Shown here: positions 57,608-64,000 of the stretch, piece by piece
Numbering within the stretch: the first letter of the stretch is position 1
How the letters are laid out: every line of letters begins with the position of its first letter
Source: Octopus vulgaris
Lineage: Eukaryota
Direction: 5' to 3'
NCBI GenBank assembly: GCA_951406725.2
Contig: OX597834.1
Location: 32,860,001-32,924,000 of the forward strand
DNA length: 64,000 nt
Made by a program: the position numbers and the translations under genes
The notes under the pieces: generated by a model
Seen by the model: the letters and a program-made list of their open reading frames with translations, nothing else
Database searches by the model: none
Told to the model about the DNA's origin: nothing

Positions 57608-57608
<1 letters not shown>
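57417..57608 (-). mobile_element. ~190-bp (TA)n-flanked element with variant hammerhead; homolog of 1360-1567
   Basis: Same ordered blocks as 1360-1567; long pure (TA)n on both sides. Confidence 0.7.
57510..57544 (-). ncRNA. Minimal type-I hammerhead-like ribozyme with variant core CUGUCGA
   Basis: Reverse complement UUUU-CUGUCGA-A-GAGC(GAG)GCUC-GAAAC-GUA-AAAG. Confidence 0.62.
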
Positions 57609-57670
<62 letters not shown>

Positions 57671-57927
57671 CAAAATTAGAAAATGGAGAAAACATACTTA
57701 AATCAATCAAACATCAACCATCAGATGATACCCAATCAATACTTTATTACACATCAATACTTTACATAACAGTAAAGGCATTATACAAAATATATTGTAA
57801 ATATAATTAGACAAGGAAATATAAATATAAAATATAAAATATAATATATAATTATATCATATCTGACAGCTGTTTCGTCCGTAAGGGCAAGTATGCCTCA
57901 TACATATATATATATATATACATATAT

Positions 57928-58170
57928 ATATTCAAAAATTAGGGAATGGAGCAGGTAAAATCCAGGTTACATATGTTTCAAAACTAGCAGAGCCTAATTC
58001 CCAACGAGTTAACTCGGGATCTTCCAGCGACAATGCAAACTTCATATAATCAAAGTATTTTTGGCATGAAGAGTAGCTTGCGATCTACCTCTCGTTTGTA
58101 GTATAACTTACTACTTCCGAAGTTCCGCTGGCCTGGATTTTATCTCTTCCATTCCATAATATTTGAATGT
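57928..58170. mobile_element. MITE-like element with ~39-bp imperfect TIRs
   Basis: atattcaaaaattagggaatggagcaggtaaaatccagg (57928-57966) versus the reverse complement of 58132-58170; TA-rich flanks. Confidence 0.6.
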
Positions 58171-58773
58171 TTATACGCATATACAACAACCCCTGGGAAC
58201 TATAAAATTAACTTTCTTTTGCTTATCGTACTTCTTAATAGACAAACAATTCGCAAACGTCTGCGCCAGTAAACCAGTATTGTTTTGAAAGTTGCTTTTT
58301 ATGTCTTCTACGAATCGCTTGAAATTCACTAACTCCCAATACCTTTATCTTTAGATCTTACCTTTACCCCCCACCCACACCACACACACACACACACACA
58401 CATACACACAAATACACACATAAATTTAATACACAACTGAAACTAATAGTTTCATATTTTCATGAGATTTGAACAAGCATATTTATAAAATACGCCATGT
58501 ATCTCAAAGCAATATTTCAGGCTCTGTTTATGCGTTATATATATATATATATATATAACAAGGACACGCTGGACAGTGAGAAAATATAATATGAAAATAA
58601 AAAAATGTGGGGGAAAACGTGAAGAAGGTTAGTGCAAAAAATGGAACGAGGAAAAAGATACGAAATCAAGAAAACTAAAATTCTCGTCTTCCTTGATGGC
58701 GGAAAGGTAATTAAATAGAGCATTAAACAGAACAAAATAACAGGAAATGTATCAAAGTCTACGAGACAGTAAT

Positions 58774-59300
58774 TCAATCTGAAGCGGATGGTGCGCTCCA
58801 ATTCGATAAAAGAAACCTATCTAGGTGTTTGCACCTGTTAAATATTTCAGATATGGAATTAAGTAGTGTGTTGGAATTGCTGGATCTAAGAAGAATATGA
58901 GATCTTTCTGCTATACATAAGTTGCATTTCTTAGATCCATTAATGTATAGTTTGGATTTCTCCACTATTCTCCACTTAATTGTATGTGGCGTGGAGTTGC
59001 TCTTCAAATTCCACATGTGGCCAGCCAACTTAGTTGCATTGCTTCTTATCGATGTTCCGAAAAGAAGATAGGTGGTTTGTATAAAATCTCATGAATTCGC
59101 CCTCACATTGACCCGCTGGAATTCTTTTCAATTGATTTATCTTGAAAGGTAACTGTAACTTCAGCCATGTATATGACGGAGTTTATCACACACACCTGGC
59201 CTACTGGGCAAGCATGACAGTTACAACTGTGGGGGGTCACTTGGTGATTTTTACGAGTTACAATGTTCTTCATGCTGGGGCAGCCGCTGCATGATTGCTT
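58774..59300 (-). pseudogene. Penelope-like GIY-YIG endonuclease relic of the Naiad type
   Basis: SCNC..CPVGQVCVINSVIYMAEV...NATKLAGHMWNLK...IKWRIVEK...Y.NGSKKCNLC..ER..IL...LLN..SEIFNRCKH; frameshifted. Confidence 0.8.
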
Positions 59301-59399
59301 AATTGAGCGCCCGTTATTTATTAACATGTAGATAAATAGATATACATACATGTGCGTGCATTTACATATTTGCGTTTGTAGGCGTGCATGTATGCAGTT

Positions 59400-59442
<43 letters not shown>

Positions 59443-59664
59443 CGTATTTAACTTTGTGTATATGTATGTATATCTGTATGTGTGTGTATGTGTGTGTGTA
59501 GAATAGGAAGATCTAAACTAATAGGTATGATGTGTGAGGGCTCCAACTGATAAGCTACTAGGATCCAAGTTCACAACGGCGGTTGGAGTTGTGGTGGCCA
59601 TCATCGCCTACTTCCGAGTCAGTAGGTATAATTGAAAGAAAAAGGAAAACACACACACACATAC

Positions 59665-59763
<99 letters not shown>

Positions 59764-59864
59764 GGAGTAAACACATAAATGTGAAACAAGGTGGAAAAAG
59801 AGTACTCAAATACCAGGGGTAGAGTAATATGCTCTATTTCAAAGCAGCAGAAATTCAACAAAAC

Positions 59865-59902
59865 CTGTTACTCTGAGTTTCACGTTCCCGTTCGTCGGAC
59901 AG
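59865..59902 (-). ncRNA. Minimal type-I hammerhead with U4C core variant, within a (TA)n-adjacent pLTR-like segment (59761-59910)
   Basis: Reverse complement CUGU-CCGACGA-ACG(GGAA)CGU-GAAAC-UCAGA-GUA-ACAG: GNRA-capped stem II, quasi-palindromic stem III ACUC-A-GAGU. Confidence 0.62.
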
Positions 59903-60119
59903 TTTTTGTTAAAATAGAACCGATATGCCTATTCTATCAAGACTAGTATAAACGCTACACCTTTAAAAATAGACTTGTTTGATTGGTTCCTTCAAATAAC
60001 GGTCATTTTCGAGCGATAAGCAAAAATATATATACTTATGCTTGTGTAAATGTATGTATATGGACAAGCATTTTTGGGGGAATCGATTTTGACTGACCTT
60101 GTGTCTAGAAAGAAACTAT

Positions 60120-60540
60120 GCTACGACCTTAACGAATCTGTCAAAACCATTGAGATCCACACAAGCACCAGCAACTATACTAAAATACAAAACGAAGTCT
60201 GTGAGGGCGGAGAAGGGTGGAGTTAGGGGTGGTAGGAGACAAGGGTAGGGTGAGAATTCCGGGGAACCGAGTTTCTCAGGAAGAAGGACAAGGTTTTGTA
60301 GCGACTGCGGGGCCTAAGGGGTGGGAGAGCAATATGGACGACGAGAATAAGGGAGACGATTAATGAGATGGAAATATGGGGGTTGAGTAGGGTATGTGCG
60401 TCAGATTACTGTGCAGCACCGAGGTATAGAGCGCGCGTGGGGTGGGAGTCATTGTGGAGGGCGTTGCAGAGGCGGCGCAGAAGGCCCAAGGGAAAAGCGG
60501 CAAGTCTATGGATCAACGGTCGAAGTATGTCGGTCACTGG
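60120..60540 (-). pseudogene. Possible degenerate CR1/Jockey-group LINE 3' fragment
   Basis: LRPLIHRLAAFPLGLLRRLCN resembles L.PL.HRR.V..L.LFYRY. Confidence 0.35.
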
Positions 60541-60677
60541 GACATACAGACACACACACGCAGATTCACACACACACACATATACGTTCACAGACATGTA
60601 CGCACATATCCACACACATATATATGGGTATGTACATTTGTGTATGTGAGTATGTGTATAGATGCATGTGAAGGGTT

Positions 60678-60715
<38 letters not shown>

Positions 60716-61071
60716 GAGACTCAATTAGCGGCAGACTGATTCTAAAGAATAAAAATATTATTTTAGCGTTCCAATTATACATTCGTAGGCATACACACAC
60801 GCACGCACACACAAACACACACACACAAACACAAACACACAAACACACACATGTGTGTGTGTGTGAATTGCGCAAGTATATGTAAATATATGTATGAATA
60901 CACACACACACACACAGAGTAATACCTCATTTTTAGAGGACCCGCTTTACGAAATGTACCGGGTTTACGAGTTTTATTTTCTGTTTTCGAGTTTCGCTTT
61001 ACAAGCATTTTCCGCGAATGAGTTAACTCGTATACCGAGGCATTACTGTATGCATGTATGTATGTACATAC

Positions 61072-61153
<82 letters not shown>

Positions 61154-61155
<2 letters not shown>

Positions 61156-61455
61156 AGGCACATGGCCTAGTGGTTACAGTAGCGGACTCGCGGTCGAGGG
61201 ATCGCGGATTCGAATCTCAGACCGGGCGATGTGTGTGTTTATGAGCGAAACACCTAAGCTCCACACGGCTCCGGCAGAAGGTAATGGCGAACCTCTGCTG
61301 ACTCTTTTGCCACAACTTTCTCTCACTCTTTCCTCCAGCATCTTGCAGCTCACCTGCGACGGACCGGCGTCCCGTCCAGGTGGGGAACCTATACGCCAAG
61401 GAAACCAGGAAACCGGCCCGTATGAGACAGGCATAGCTCGAAAAGGAACAAGCAA
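61154..61455 (+). mobile_element. tRNA-derived SINE with family-C head but a different 3' body
   Basis: A box tggcctagtgg and B box ggattcgaatc; diverges from 35814 after ccacaactttctctcactctt. Confidence 0.8.
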
Positions 61456-61467
61456 CATATATCTATA

Positions 61468-61509
<42 letters not shown>

Positions 61510-61674
61510 CTATACATACATATATATGTATGTATGTACATATACACACATCACATACTTGTGTGTATGTGTACATATATATAAATTCATATTTTTGTAT
61601 GTTATATGCATATGTGTATATAGATATGTGAGCTGATAGACAGATAGACAGATGGATAGATATACTGACAGATT

Positions 61675-61706
<32 letters not shown>

Positions 61707-61811
61707 TATATATATACACAGACACGTACATCGTAGAGAATTCAACAGATATCAATACATGGACACGTGAACACGTATAGATATGCATAAACTGGCATTT
61801 CATTCTTAGAG

Positions 61812-62095
61812 ATGATCCGATTAACGGAACAGCCTGCTCGTGAAATTAAATGCACGTGGCTGAGCAATCCACAGACATGCCTACCCTTAACGTAGTTGTC
61901 AGGGAGATTCAGCGTGACACAGACAGTGACATGGCCGGCCCTTTGAAATACAAGTAGAGCTCATTTTTGGAAGCTGAGTGAACTGGAGCAATGTGAAATA
62001 AAGTGTCTTGCTCAAGGACAGACTGCAACGCTGGAAATCGAACTGATGACCTTGCAATCATGAGCCGAATACCGTAACCACTTAGTCATGCGCCT
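61812..62095 (-). mobile_element. SINE, homolog of 47515-47810
   Basis: gtgaaataaagtgtcttgctcaaggaca and the family-C tail. Confidence 0.8.
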
Positions 62096-62155
62096 TCTAT
62101 TAGATACATATACAATGAGGCTTACATACTTCTATATGCTGCGTGCGTATATAGG

Positions 62156-62187
<32 letters not shown>

Positions 62188-62780
62188 TTGAGAGCACGCG
62201 GCTATATTATATATATACTCACACACACATACACACACATACACACAGACACACGCACACATATATACACATGTATGTACTTGTGCGTACACACATATAT
62301 ATGAGTTGTCTGATGAACGACAAACAGCGAAACTCAGCATAATCAGAGAAAGTAACCTCCGTTCTATAATATGCATACAGGCATGCCACAACTCACCACA
62401 ACTGCCATGCTGGAGCAGTATCTCGAAGTGTTTAGTTGAACAAATCGACCAGAACACTTGTTTTAAATCGATCGAACTCTTATTCTGCGACCGCTAAGTT
62501 AGACGAACGTAAAACAAACCAACACCGGTTGTGAGTTAGAACTACACAAATACAAACATCAATACCAAGAAGCACACACACACACACACTCACACACACA
62601 CACACTCATACACACACACACACACACACTCACACACACACACACACACACACGGCGGCTACTAGACACATGTATGTGTGTACACACACGCACATACATA
62701 CACACACACACACACATATAGTCACTAAGAGCATATTTAGACCCCTTATAGGGATATTTTTATCCAAGATGTATGTGTTC

Positions 62781-62990
62781 TTTCTGTTATTCTTTCGTTT
62801 GCTTCAGTCATTTGACTGCGGCCATGCTGGAGCACCGCCTTTAGTCGAACACATCGACCCAGGGACTTATTTTTTGTAAGCTTAGTACTTATTCTATCGG
62901 TTCCTTTTTGCTGAAATGCTAAGTTACGGGGACGTAAACACACCAACATCGGCTGTCAAGCGATGGTGAGTGGACAAACACAGACACACA

Positions 62991-63083
<93 letters not shown>

Positions 63084-63244
63084 GACAGGCTTCTTTCAGT
63101 TTCAGACTACCAAATCCACTCACAAGGTTTTGGTCGGCCCGAGGCTATAATAAAACACACTTTCCCAAGATGCCACGGAGTGGGACTGAACCCGGAACCA
63201 TGTGGTTGGTAAGCAAGCAACTTACCCCACAGCCATTCCTGCGC
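62781..63244 (-). mobile_element. SINE family B, full length (partial copy also at 62390-62530)
   Basis: Reverse-complement homolog of 1841-2291. Confidence 0.88.
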
Positions 63245-63369
63245 CTATGTATGTATGTCATTATTCAGTTTAATTTCAAGATTTATTACCAATAGAGAAA
63301 GAACCGGTTTCTAACAGAGATCCAAGGTTCCTTCATTGGAATTTCAATATAAACAACAGGGTATTTTTG

Positions 63370-63605
63370 CATGTATGGATGTACGTACACATGTGTGTAT
63401 GTATGTGTGTATGTATGTATGTATGTATGTATGTATGTATGTATGTATGTATGTATGTGTATGTATGTATGCATGTATGTATGTATGTATGTGTATGTAT
63501 GTATGTATGTATGTATGTATGTATGTATGTATGTATGTATGTATGTATGTATGTATGTATGTATGTGTGTGTATGTATGTATGTATGTATGTATGTATGT
63601 ATGTG

Positions 63606-63636
<31 letters not shown>

Positions 63637-63870
63637 GTATGTATGTATGTATGTATGTATGTATGTATGTATGTATGTATGTATGTATGTATGTATGTAT
63701 GTATGTATGTATGTATGTATGTATGTATGTATGTATGTATGTATGTATGTATGTATGTATGTATGTATGTATGTATGTATGTATGTATGTATGTATGTAT
63801 GTATGTATGTATGTATGTATGTATGTATGTATGTGTATGTATGTATGTATGTATGTATGTATGTATATGT
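63370..63870. repeat. Long (TATG)n microsatellite
   Basis: Directly visible. Confidence 0.95.
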
Positions 63871-64000
63871 ACAGATTTGTATGCTTTGTTTTGTGTATGT
63901 ATTCTCATGCATATAGTTACATATCTAGACATGCTCATATATATTTAAATGCTAAACTTCTAGAAAGTTTTACAGATTTTTACAGTTCCAGTGATGGCTT

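Overview
Eukaryotic, AT-rich genomic DNA saturated with microsatellites ((TA)n, (CA)n, (TACA)n, (GATA)n, (AAT)n, (CCA)n, (GAA)n, CT-rich tracts). The repeat repertoire looks like an octopus/cephalopod genome; this is inference, not searched. Almost all listed ORFs are translations of simple repeats. The real content is: (1) one young, 5'-truncated, 3.0-kb R4/Dong-like non-LTR retrotransposon (RT + CCHC + restriction-like endonuclease, one frameshift) inside an (AAT)n tract, plus many older fragments of the same clade, mostly also bounded by (AAT)n; (2) three tRNA-derived SINE groups; (3) RTE, CR1-like, mariner, hAT/MITE and two Penelope-like GIY-YIG relics; (4) a few probable minus-strand host-gene exons at about 17.1-21.6 kb; (5) most notably, about 10 hammerhead-ribozyme (HHR) or HHR-like motifs read by eye. 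These include canonical minimal type-I motifs, two diverged ~200-bp (TA)n-flanked elements that share a non-canonical CUGUYGA core, a CCGACGA variant, one HHR at the tip of a long hairpin, and one inside a 1.76-kb inverted-repeat element. Family names come from motif recognition only. Boundaries of degenerate repeats are approximate.
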